From: Patescibacteria group bacterium
GTDB lineage: Bacteria > Patescibacteriota > Microgenomatia > UBA1400 > PJMF01
DNA length: 64,000 nt
Direction: 5' to 3'
Assembly: GCA_049322655.1 (NCBI GenBank)
Contig: JBMORP010000006.1
Location: 576,410-640,409, forward strand
Shown piece after piece: positions 53,713 to 61,876 of this stretch (its first letter is position 1; every line of letters begins with the position of its first letter). A model generated the notes under the pieces. The model worked only from the letters and a program-made list of their open reading frames with translations, made no database searches and had not been told where the DNA came from. The position numbers were made by a program, and so were the translations under genes.

Positions 53713-55092
53713 ATGCCAGCTAAATCTGATATTTCTACAGAAGAGCTTGTTGGACAAGCTCCTAAAAAAGAAACTGAAGCTAAAGAGGTAAGTAAAACCT
53801 TGGTGGCTAAAACAGTTGACAAACCTTCAACCGAAAAAGTTGAAGAAAAACCCATTCCCACCAAAGAAGTTGGTCGGGTAGTGGTTTCTACTAAATCAAG
53901 AGTTAACCCTCATGGTCGAATTAAGGCTGGTTTTTCTAAAACCATGGCTACGCCCAAAGACGATGATGTCGAGGTAATCACTGGAATTCTTGATAATTCT
54001 CGTGACGGTCATGGCATTTTACGAGTTTCTTTCTCTGAGGACGACCACGATACCTATATCTCTAATTCTCAGGTAAGAAGATTTAAACTCAGGCCAGGTG
54101 ATGTTATCACTGGTCCCGCTAGAAGGCCTAAGGATAACGAAAGATATTGGGGCTTACTCCAAGTGGATAGAATTAATGATCAAGAAGTTGACGAGTTTTT
54201 GAGAAATTCACGAACTGTTTTTAAAAACTTAACTCCAGTTTATCCCGATGAACAAATTAAGTTAGAAACTGGGGCCGAGCCACTATCTCTTAGAATGATT
54301 GACATGATCGCGCCGATTGGTAAAGGCCAAAGAAGTTTGATTGTCTCTCCTCCCAAAGCAGGTAAAACAACTTTGCTGAAAAATATTGCTACTGGTGTGG
54401 CAGCCAACAATCCAGAAATTCATTTGATGGCGGTATTAGTTGGGGAAAGACCAGAAGAAGTGACTGATATTAAACGTCACATTGAAGCTTTGACTAAAGG
54501 TAAAGGTGAAGTAGCTGCGAGTAATTTTGATGAATCAGCCCAGGACCAAGTTAGAGTGGCTGAGTTGGCTCTGGAAAGAGCTAAAAGATTAGTTGAATCT
54601 GGTAGAGATGTTTTAATTCTTTTAGATTCGATCACTAGATTAGCTCGAGCTTATAACCTAGCGATGCCAACTTCAGGGAGAACCCTGTCTGGTGGCTTTG
54701 ATCCAGCTGCCTTGTTTCCTCCCAAAAAGTTCTTTGGGGCAGCAAGAAACTTTGAGATTCCTGGTTCATTAACGATTGTTGGTACGGCTTTAGTCGATAC
54801 TGGTTCTAGAATGGATGATCTTGTTTATGAAGAGTTCAAAGGCACTGGTAATCAGGAGGTTCATCTTGATAGAACTTTGGCTGAAAGAAGAATTCATCCA
54901 GCAATTGATGTTCAGCGATCTGGGACTCGAAGAGATGATTTAATGATGGATCCAATGGTTTATCAATCAGTGATTACGCTTCACAGAATGTTGGATATGT
55001 TAAACAAAGAAGAACGTACCACTACTTTGATCGAAAAACTCAAACGAACTAAGTCTAATAAAGACTTTTTAGCCTCTTTAAAGGCTGGTTAA
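53713..55092 (+). CDS. rho: transcription termination factor Rho with Lys/Glu-rich N-terminal extension
   Basis: RNA-binding domain RRFKLRPGDVITG, Walker A GKGQRSLIVSPPKAGKTTLL, and the C-terminal R-loop/Q-loop region. Confidence 0.9.
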   Translation: MPAKSDISTEELVGQAPKKETEAKEVSKTLVAKTVDKPSTEKVEEKPIPTKEVGRVVVSTKSRVNPHGRIKAGFSKTMATPKDDDVEVITGILDNSRDGHGILRVSFSEDDHDTYISNSQVRRFKLRPGDVITGPARRPKDNERYWGLLQVDRINDQEVDEFLRNSRTVFKNLTPVYPDEQIKLETGAEPLSLRMIDMIAPIGKGQRSLIVSPPKAGKTTLLKNIATGVAANNPEIHLMAVLVGERPEEVTDIKRHIEALTKGKGEVAASNFDESAQDQVRVAELALERAKRLVESGRDVLILLDSITRLARAYNLAMPTSGRTLSGGFDPAALFPPKKFFGAARNFEIPGSLTIVGTALVDTGSRMDDLVYEEFKGTGNQEVHLDRTLAERRIHPAIDVQRSGTRRDDLMMDPMVYQSVITLHRMLDMLNKEERTTTLIEKLKRTKSNKDFLASLKAG

Positions 55093-55162
55093 TTTGTTAC
55101 TGAAACCCTGTACTAGCAATAGTGCAGGGTTTAGAATGTTCTTTTAAGAATTATTACTGTCT

Positions 55163-56287
55163 ATGCAAGAAAGAAAGTTTAGTTTGCAAGGCTCTGAGCT
55201 AGTTCAAGATCTCGGTAGCTATTTTGTTTTCTTGCGTTCCTACCTAAAATTCAGAGGTTATGGCTGGTTTTCAAGGTTTGAAGTAGGTAAAGACTTTATT
55301 GTTGATTTGCTTTACAAAAAACGTGGCCGTTATGCTCGGCCATTTTTACATTTTGGCACGATTGGGTTGGTTTTTTTGCTGATTACTCTTGGTCCAGTTA
55401 TTTTTAACGATAATGAAGAGCAACAAGCAGGTGGCATTGGGCCAATTTTAAATAGTGCTACTGCTTATGCTCCTGATTTTTATACCCTTCAAGCTGAGGA
55501 GGTCCGTCAATATCGGGGTGGAGAGATCCTTATGCATATTGTGACAGAAGGGGAAACTCTTTCCTCAATTGCACAGCGATATGGCTTACAAATAGAAACT
55601 ATTCTTTGGGAAAATAACTTAACAGAAACCTCTAAAATCAAGCCTGGGGATGAATTAAGAATCTTACCTCTTGATGGCATTAGGCATAAGGTGGCTCGTG
55701 GTGAAACAATCTTTTCGATTGGGAAGAAATATGGTCTAGAAGGCTCTCAAGTTCAGGTAATAGTTGACTACCCGTTCAATGAGTTTTTAAATGACGAAAC
55801 TTTTGATGTGGTTGCCGGCCAATACTTAATGATTCCAGATGGAGTTAAACCTTCCGCTGTTACAACCACTACCACGGCTGCTAGATTTGGTACTTTGACT
55901 CCAGATGCGGGCAGTGTTTCTGCTTCTGGCTCATTTATTTGGCCAGCTTCTGGTCGAATTACTCAGGGTTATCGTTTTTACCACAAGGCTATTGATATTG
56001 CCAACAAATCTGGTGGTTCTATTTTAGCTGCTGATGCTGGTGTGGTGACTGTCGCTGGTTGGCCAGATAGCTCTGGTTATGGCAATAGAGTGATCGTTGA
56101 TCATGGCAATGGCTTTGTGACGCTATATGCACATATGAGCGTCATTCAAGTTAAAGCAGGCCAAAGAGTTAAAAGAGGTGACGTACTAGGCCAAATGGGT
56201 AATACGGGCAGATCTACTGGGACTCACTTACATTTTGAGATTAGACAGGGTGGGGCGTTGTTGAATCCTCAATCATATTTGAAATAA
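55163..56287 (+). CDS. membrane-anchored peptidoglycan hydrolase: 2x LysM + M23 peptidase
   Basis: Two LysM repeats (HIVTEGETLSSIAQRYGL; HKVARGETIFSIGKKYGL) and C-terminal GDVLGQMGNTGRSTGTHLHFEIR. Confidence 0.8.
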   Translation: MQERKFSLQGSELVQDLGSYFVFLRSYLKFRGYGWFSRFEVGKDFIVDLLYKKRGRYARPFLHFGTIGLVFLLITLGPVIFNDNEEQQAGGIGPILNSATAYAPDFYTLQAEEVRQYRGGEILMHIVTEGETLSSIAQRYGLQIETILWENNLTETSKIKPGDELRILPLDGIRHKVARGETIFSIGKKYGLEGSQVQVIVDYPFNEFLNDETFDVVAGQYLMIPDGVKPSAVTTTTTAARFGTLTPDAGSVSASGSFIWPASGRITQGYRFYHKAIDIANKSGGSILAADAGVVTVAGWPDSSGYGNRVIVDHGNGFVTLYAHMSVIQVKAGQRVKRGDVLGQMGNTGRSTGTHLHFEIRQGGALLNPQSYLK

Positions 56288-56336
56288 GTTTCTTTTCCCA
56301 ATAAAAAACCAAATTACCAGGTATAATATTAAGCTA

Positions 56337-57506
56337 ATGATTGATTTAGTCAAACTAAAACTAATAGCTGGTGATGGTGGGCATGGCAGAGTGTCTTTCC
56401 GTCGGGAAAAATATGTGCCCAAAGGTGGCCCAGATGGTGGCTATGGTGGTGATGGTGGTCATGTGATTATTGAATCTACTAAACACATTAATACCTTGAA
56501 ACATTTAACCGGTAAAAAAGAAATCACAGCTTTTGCCGGAGAGATTGGTGGCAGAAGGAAAAAGACTGGTGAAAGAGGTGAAGATATCGTTGTAAAGGTC
56601 CCAGTGGGGACAGTGATTTGGGTAGAGAAGGAGAATCAACCTTCTTTTTTCAGAAGAAAAAAATATGGAGTTGAGTATTTAGTTAATAAGAGTGAGGTGG
56701 AATTGGATAAATATTCTGTTGAAAAAGAGGGTCAAGGTATCCCTTTCAGAGAATCAAGTGAGTGGCTGGAGATTGAAAGAGTCCCGGTTTTCACTTTTGA
56801 TCAACCAGATCAACGAGTAATCATTTGTCAGGGTGGTTTTGGTGGTAGAGGTAATGTGGCTTTTAAAAGTGGTAGCAATACTACGCCATTAGAGGCTGAA
56901 TATGGCTCTTTTGCTGAGAAGAAGTTAGTAACTTTGGAACTTAAATTATTGGCGGATATAGGGTTAGTGGGTTACCCAAATGCAGGGAAAAGTACGTTGC
57001 TGTCCAAAATTACTAAAGCTAATCCTAAAACAGCCAACTATCCATTTACTACGATTGAACCCAACTTGGGTGTTTTAAGTTTTGGAGCAGAAAAAGATGT
57101 AGTGGTGGCTGATATTCCTGGTTTAATTGAAGGTGCCAGTGAAGGCAAAGGCTTAGGATTAGATTTTTTGAGGCATGTGGAAAATAGCAGAGTTTTACTT
57201 TATGTTTTGTTTTTGGAAGAAGAACAACTGAGTGATAAAAACTTAACGGTTGCTGAAAAAACAGCATTAATTTGGCAGCAATACCAATTATTGCAAAAAG
57301 AATTAAAAAACTATCATCCATCGTTAATTAAAAAACCTTTTGTGGTGTCGGTTAATAAAATTGATCTTTATGATCAAGAACTACAACAAGCCATTAAAGA
57401 AAAATTTGAACAAGCCAGAGTAAAGGTCTTACTATTTAGTGGTTTTACTGGCGATGGCTTGACAAAACTAGTTAAGAAATTAGAACAAGTTTTAGCAAAA
57501 AATTAG
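56337..57506 (+). CDS. obg: GTPase Obg/CgtA
   Basis: Gly-rich Obg fold MIDLVKLKLIAGDGGHGRVSFRREKYVPKGGPDGGYGGDGG and a G-domain GYPNAGKSTLL. Confidence 0.9.
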   Translation: MIDLVKLKLIAGDGGHGRVSFRREKYVPKGGPDGGYGGDGGHVIIESTKHINTLKHLTGKKEITAFAGEIGGRRKKTGERGEDIVVKVPVGTVIWVEKENQPSFFRRKKYGVEYLVNKSEVELDKYSVEKEGQGIPFRESSEWLEIERVPVFTFDQPDQRVIICQGGFGGRGNVAFKSGSNTTPLEAEYGSFAEKKLVTLELKLLADIGLVGYPNAGKSTLLSKITKANPKTANYPFTTIEPNLGVLSFGAEKDVVVADIPGLIEGASEGKGLGLDFLRHVENSRVLLYVLFLEEEQLSDKNLTVAEKTALIWQQYQLLQKELKNYHPSLIKKPFVVSVNKIDLYDQELQQAIKEKFEQARVKVLLFSGFTGDGLTKLVKKLEQVLAKN

Positions 57507-57529
57507 TTATAAGTTTTCAAAATTTGATA

Positions 57530-57580
57530 TTTTTTACACCCCTTTCCCCCGTGGGTAAGTATCTCATCTTTAGCTGACAA
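57530..57580 (-). repeat. copy 4 of the conserved G-rich intergenic motif (reverse orientation)
   Basis: Reverse complement reads TTGTCAGCTAAAGATGAGATACTTACCCACGGGGGAAAGGGGTGTAAAAAA. Confidence 0.6.
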
Positions 57581-57581
57581 A

Positions 57582-57612
57582 TAAAAAACCCGATCTTGCG
57601 ACCGGGTTTTAT
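57582..57612. terminator. bidirectional terminator between obg and the convergent minus-strand gene
   Basis: AAAAAACCCG-atcttgcgac-CGGGTTTTAT hairpin with flanking A-run and T-run. Confidence 0.45.
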
Positions 57613-57632
57613 TTATTCAATAAACTAAGAGT

Positions 57633-59696
57633 TTAGAAACTCTCTGGATTAAGTGAAGGATCTCCAGCTGGGTTTAAAATATCAGCTTCTTGTTGTTGAA
57701 CATTCTGTTCAGTAATTCCAGGAGCTTGATTTTCTTCTGGGAGAACATCTTCAACATTGAGCTCTTCATTAGCATCTGGTGAAAGATCTACTCCTTGAAT
57801 AGCATCTTCTAGTTCTGCTAATTGTTGGCTGAGTGCGAGGTAGTCTTGAGAGTCGTTCTCTAAGAGTAACAAAGCTCTTTGCCAAGCTTTTTTGGTATCT
57901 TCCAACTGATCTAGTTGCTGAAAAGCTAAACCAAGGTGATAGTAAGCAGCAGCCATATCAGGTTTAAGTTCAGCAGCTTGAGCAAAGAAGGTTAAAGCAT
58001 CTTCAGCTTTGCCATCTGCTAATGCTAGTCTACCAATTTCTAAACGAAGATTGGGGTTAATGGGGTTAACTTGTACAGCACTGACCAAACTGCTGACCGC
58101 CCAGTTACTAGCTTCTTCTGAAGTTCCAATTAAGTTGCGGTAAATTTCAGCCAAGACCAACCAATTTTCTACGTCAGCTGGATCTAAAAGAGTAGCAGCC
58201 TTACCATCTCTGATTGCTTGACTGACCAATTGAATGACTTGTTGTTGCTCTTCTTCAGTAATGTCAGCATTGTTTGATAGGGCAATGGCTACTTGAAGAT
58301 TTGTTAATGCGTATTCTCTGCGCAAAGAATCAAGATAGCGATTAGCAGCAACAGCCTTTCTTTGGTTCTCGTAGACATTAACGATGTCTCTTTTGATCAG
58401 TGCTGTATTTGCTCGGTACATATAGTTATGAGCCAGGTAAGCTCTTCCTAGTAGATAAAAACCACCAGCTACAGCTACCATCATGGTGAAAGAAACTAGG
58501 CTAATTGCCCAATCTTTTTTACCAAAGACTTTTTTCAAGAACATCAATTTCTTTGGAAAAGTATTGATTCTCCAGTTTCTGAATTGAAGCAAGGAAAAAT
58601 GATTCTGGTTGGCAGCAATCCAGAAAACAAACAACACGGTTTGGATTGCAATGAGCACAATATTGGCGGGAGCTAACAGTTGAATAGCAAAGATAGTCAA
58701 AATCATCCATAGCAATGATTTGCTTTCTTTGTTGGTGGTTTTGGTTTGCATGGCTGTTTTGACAACTAAGAACAACCAGGTTAGCAGACCAAATAAACCA
58801 ACGGTTACAACTAGAGTAAGAGGTACATTAGTTCCAGTTGAAAAATTAACCTGCCAGTATTGTTGACCATTAGTCCAAAGTGGTTTGAAACGAGCATATA
58901 GGTTGGCATATGAGGCTGGGCCATGACCAATAATGGCACTTTGCAATGACTCCAAACTTCTCAACATTACAGTCCAACTGGCGTTGAAAGGAGTAAAAGC
59001 AACAGCGGCTTCTCTGCTAGGTAAAACTGACCAGGCTCCTAGGCCAAAGCCAGCTAAATTGGTTACTCCCAGAATTAAATCTTTGACTGTAACTTTCTTT
59101 TTAGCCATGATTGAAGTAATTAAACCAACCGTAGCAACCGCAATAACTTGAATAGCCACAAAAGATGAGCCACTTACATTAAAAAGCAAAGAGTGTGGCA
59201 ACTCAAAGGAAGAGATGGCATTAATTAAGTAGGATGGTCCGGCACCAAGCTTTTCCAAAATCATGGTGAGTCCCAAAATTCCACCAGTGATTGACAGTAA
59301 GTCGACTATTTTTTGAGTATGGTTACCTTTAATTAAAGAGCTACCCAACACACTGATTAGTGACATAGCAATGTAAGCTCCACCAAGACTGAGCAAGTTC
59401 TCTACAGGATATTTCTGGGAGAGAAAACTAGAGATTAAGACCGAGCCACCAAATAAAGCTAGTGGTAAGGTGAGTGGAGAAACAGCCACTTCCCATTTCT
59501 TTTTAGCAAAGGTTTTGATCGCAAAACCTAAAGTTGTTAATAAAGCAGCTGCCAAGAATATAAACAACTTAGTATCAACAATTAAGTTTCTGGTATAAGG
59601 AATGACCAGCAAGGGTGCAGCAACTAATAAAACTTTGAGCGCAACTGTGGTAACAGTTTGAGCAAGTGAGAGGGCAGAATTGTTTTTCATATTCAC
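57633..59696 (-). CDS. polytopic membrane protein with C-terminal TPR repeats (O-antigen ligase/Wzy-like + TPR architecture)
   Basis: ~12 TM helices over the first ~430 aa, then ~250 aa of TPR-like repeats (AEDALTFFAQAAELKPDMAAAYYHLGLAF). Confidence 0.45.
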   Translation of the reverse strand: MNMKNNSALSLAQTVTTVALKVLLVAAPLLVIPYTRNLIVDTKLFIFLAAALLTTLGFAIKTFAKKKWEVAVSPLTLPLALFGGSVLISSFLSQKYPVENLLSLGGAYIAMSLISVLGSSLIKGNHTQKIVDLLSITGGILGLTMILEKLGAGPSYLINAISSFELPHSLLFNVSGSSFVAIQVIAVATVGLITSIMAKKKVTVKDLILGVTNLAGFGLGAWSVLPSREAAVAFTPFNASWTVMLRSLESLQSAIIGHGPASYANLYARFKPLWTNGQQYWQVNFSTGTNVPLTLVVTVGLFGLLTWLFLVVKTAMQTKTTNKESKSLLWMILTIFAIQLLAPANIVLIAIQTVLFVFWIAANQNHFSLLQFRNWRINTFPKKLMFLKKVFGKKDWAISLVSFTMMVAVAGGFYLLGRAYLAHNYMYRANTALIKRDIVNVYENQRKAVAANRYLDSLRREYALTNLQVAIALSNNADITEEEQQQVIQLVSQAIRDGKAATLLDPADVENWLVLAEIYRNLIGTSEEASNWAVSSLVSAVQVNPINPNLRLEIGRLALADGKAEDALTFFAQAAELKPDMAAAYYHLGLAFQQLDQLEDTKKAWQRALLLLENDSQDYLALSQQLAELEDAIQGVDLSPDANEELNVEDVLPEENQAPGITEQNVQQQEADILNPAGDPSLNPESF

Positions 59697-59746
59697 TTCC
59701 AGTATAGTTATTTCTTGATAGTAAGAGTAGTAGAAATTTTGTTTCT

Positions 59747-60520
59747 ATGAAAGGGGAAATTTACCCGAAACAAATGTCATTTTCCTGGCTAAAAAGTACA
59801 AAAAAATCCTTTTCGCATCGCTTTGATACACAAGGTATGTCAATGATCGAAATACTGATAGTGGTAGCAATCATTGGTCTTTTGGCAGTAATGGCTTTGT
59901 TGGGTTTGAATAGACAAATCTCCAAAGCTCAAGATGCTCAACGTAAAGATGACTTGGAAGATCTAAGAGTAGCTTTCGAAGACTATTTTAATGATTATGA
60001 GTGCTATCCAGATCTCACTATGTTGAATAATTGTGGCGGCGATGATCTTCAACCATACCTTAATGAGATTCCTTGTGATCCTAAAGATAACTTGCCTTAT
60101 GTTGGTTCTACTTTGGGTGGAGATGGTTGCGATGGTTATCGAGTTTTAACTCAACTAGAGAATGTTAGTGACCCGAATATTGAAAGTATGGGTTGTGATG
60201 CAGTTAATGGTTGTTTTTATGATGACCCCACTTATAACTATGGAATTGCAATGGGGGCGCCAATTACTGCTACTAACTGGGAGCAAGAAGCTGGTCCCAC
60301 TCCAGAGCCAACAGCCACGGCAGCTCCAACTCCCACCCTTGGTCCTGGCCATTGGGTAATTGCTCCAGATGGTACTTGTAGTCACTATACAATTGATTAC
60401 TATCCAACCGCCGGTTGTCCAGGAGACTATCCAGATTATGACACCTGTTTTGCTGTCAGTGGTTGTACTGCTAGTTGTACAGAAGATGATGTGCCTATGG
60501 AACTGCGTTGCTTGAGGTAA
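59747..60520 (+). CDS. type IV pilin / pseudopilin with prepilin-type N-terminal cleavage-methylation domain and Pro/Thr-rich, Cys-rich C-terminal region
   Basis: Leader ...RFDTQG | MSMIEILIVVAIIGLLAV with Glu at +5; start codon uncertain (59747 or the downstream ATG). Confidence 0.7.
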   Translation: MKGEIYPKQMSFSWLKSTKKSFSHRFDTQGMSMIEILIVVAIIGLLAVMALLGLNRQISKAQDAQRKDDLEDLRVAFEDYFNDYECYPDLTMLNNCGGDDLQPYLNEIPCDPKDNLPYVGSTLGGDGCDGYRVLTQLENVSDPNIESMGCDAVNGCFYDDPTYNYGIAMGAPITATNWEQEAGPTPEPTATAAPTPTLGPGHWVIAPDGTCSHYTIDYYPTAGCPGDYPDYDTCFAVSGCTASCTEDDVPMELRCLR

Positions 60521-60536
60521 AAAAGAAAAAGGAAAA

Positions 60537-61067
60537 ATGAAAAAACGTTTAAATATCAACCAGCACGGTTTCACCATGATTGAGTTATTGATTGTGATGG
60601 TAATTTTATCTTTACTTTTGGTGGTTGGGATTGGTAGCTTTGTTTCTTCACAAATTAAATCCAGAGATTCTGCTAGAAAAACTGACTTGCAAAACATTGT
60701 TCGAGCTTTGGAACTTTATTACAATGACAAGGGTGAATATCCTATTGATACAGGCAAGGTTGGTATCTTGGGCCAAGAATGGGGTGAGCCTTTTGTTGAC
60801 CCCAACAATACTGAAACCTTGTATATGAACTTACTGCCATCTGATCCAGGTGGTTATACTTACTACTACACTTCTGTTACTGGAGATCGTTATCAGCTTT
60901 ATGCTTATCTTGAAAATGAAAATGATATTGATTTGAACAAAGATGGAGCAAATATTCAGGTTTATACCGGGACAGATTGTGGGGTGAGTGGGATTGTAAC
61001 TTGTAATTATGGTATCTCTAGTCCTAACATCTACCCAGAAACTGGGCATGCGCTAACGGTAGAGTAG
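60537..61067 (+). CDS. type IV pilin / pseudopilin
   Basis: MKKRLNINQHG | FTMIELLIVMVILSLL is a canonical prepilin leader with the G-F cleavage site and Glu+5. Confidence 0.8.
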   Translation: MKKRLNINQHGFTMIELLIVMVILSLLLVVGIGSFVSSQIKSRDSARKTDLQNIVRALELYYNDKGEYPIDTGKVGILGQEWGEPFVDPNNTETLYMNLLPSDPGGYTYYYTSVTGDRYQLYAYLENENDIDLNKDGANIQVYTGTDCGVSGIVTCNYGISSPNIYPETGHALTVE

Positions 61068-61091
61068 GAGGAAGGAAGGGGAGGCAACAAT

Positions 61092-61316
61092 TTGGAAAGA
61101 AAACTGTCTCCATGGAGTCGGCCAGTCAATATCTTGGACAAAGATGTTGATCAGCAAATAGCCGAAAATGGAAGACAAGCAAAGTTGCTCCATGATTATG
61201 GCTACCATCGATGGGATCAAGCAGCTTACCAGTTTTTAATTTTAGCTAAATGGGGAATGCCAGGAATAGTTTTAGCAAAATTAATTAGCAAACTTAAGGA
61301 ATTAGATGAAAAATAA
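61092..61316 (+). CDS. hypothetical small protein between pilin genes
   Basis: 74-aa ORF whose 3' end overlaps the downstream pilin start by 11 nt; no motif. Confidence 0.25.
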   Translation: MERKLSPWSRPVNILDKDVDQQIAENGRQAKLLHDYGYHRWDQAAYQFLILAKWGMPGIVLAKLISKLKELDEK

Positions 61317-61776
61317 TTTTAAAAATTTTGGCTTTACTTTGGTTGAGTTATTAGTGGTGATTGCTATTATTGGTGTTCTGGCTGCTGTAGCTTTGCCCAA
61401 CTTACTTGGTGCTCGTGAACGTGCTCGTGATTCTAGAAATAAGAATGCTTTAATTCAACTTAGAAATGCTCTCAGACTTTATTATAACGATTACCAGACC
61501 TATCCAACTGATTCAAGCGGCAACATCTTGGGTTGTGGCCCATCAACTGCTCCAGAAACAGTTGTTTGTACTGATAGTTTTGAAACTTCTGGAGCTAATG
61601 GAGTTACCTATATGAAAACCCTGCCAGAGAGTTTTGTTTATACACAGACTGAAAGTGGCGATAACTATGAACTCTATGTGGTTCTAGAGAACAAATCAGA
61701 TGCTGAAATAACTGATAGTGCCACTAGATGTGGAATAACAACCCCAGTGGAGGGTGCTTACTATACTTGTGAGTAA
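61306..61776 (+). CDS. type IV pilin / pseudopilin
   Basis: MKNNFKNFG | FTLVELLVVIAIIGVLAAVALP is a canonical prepilin leader. Confidence 0.8.
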   Translation: MKNNFKNFGFTLVELLVVIAIIGVLAAVALPNLLGARERARDSRNKNALIQLRNALRLYYNDYQTYPTDSSGNILGCGPSTAPETVVCTDSFETSGANGVTYMKTLPESFVYTQTESGDNYELYVVLENKSDAEITDSATRCGITTPVEGAYYTCE

Positions 61777-61876
61777 TTTTTAAAACTAAGTATAAAAATT
61801 CAACTTTTTTGTTTTTCTCTAATAGCCAATTGGTTTAAAGTTGTCATATAAAAATTTTAGTTTAAGATATTTGTCC

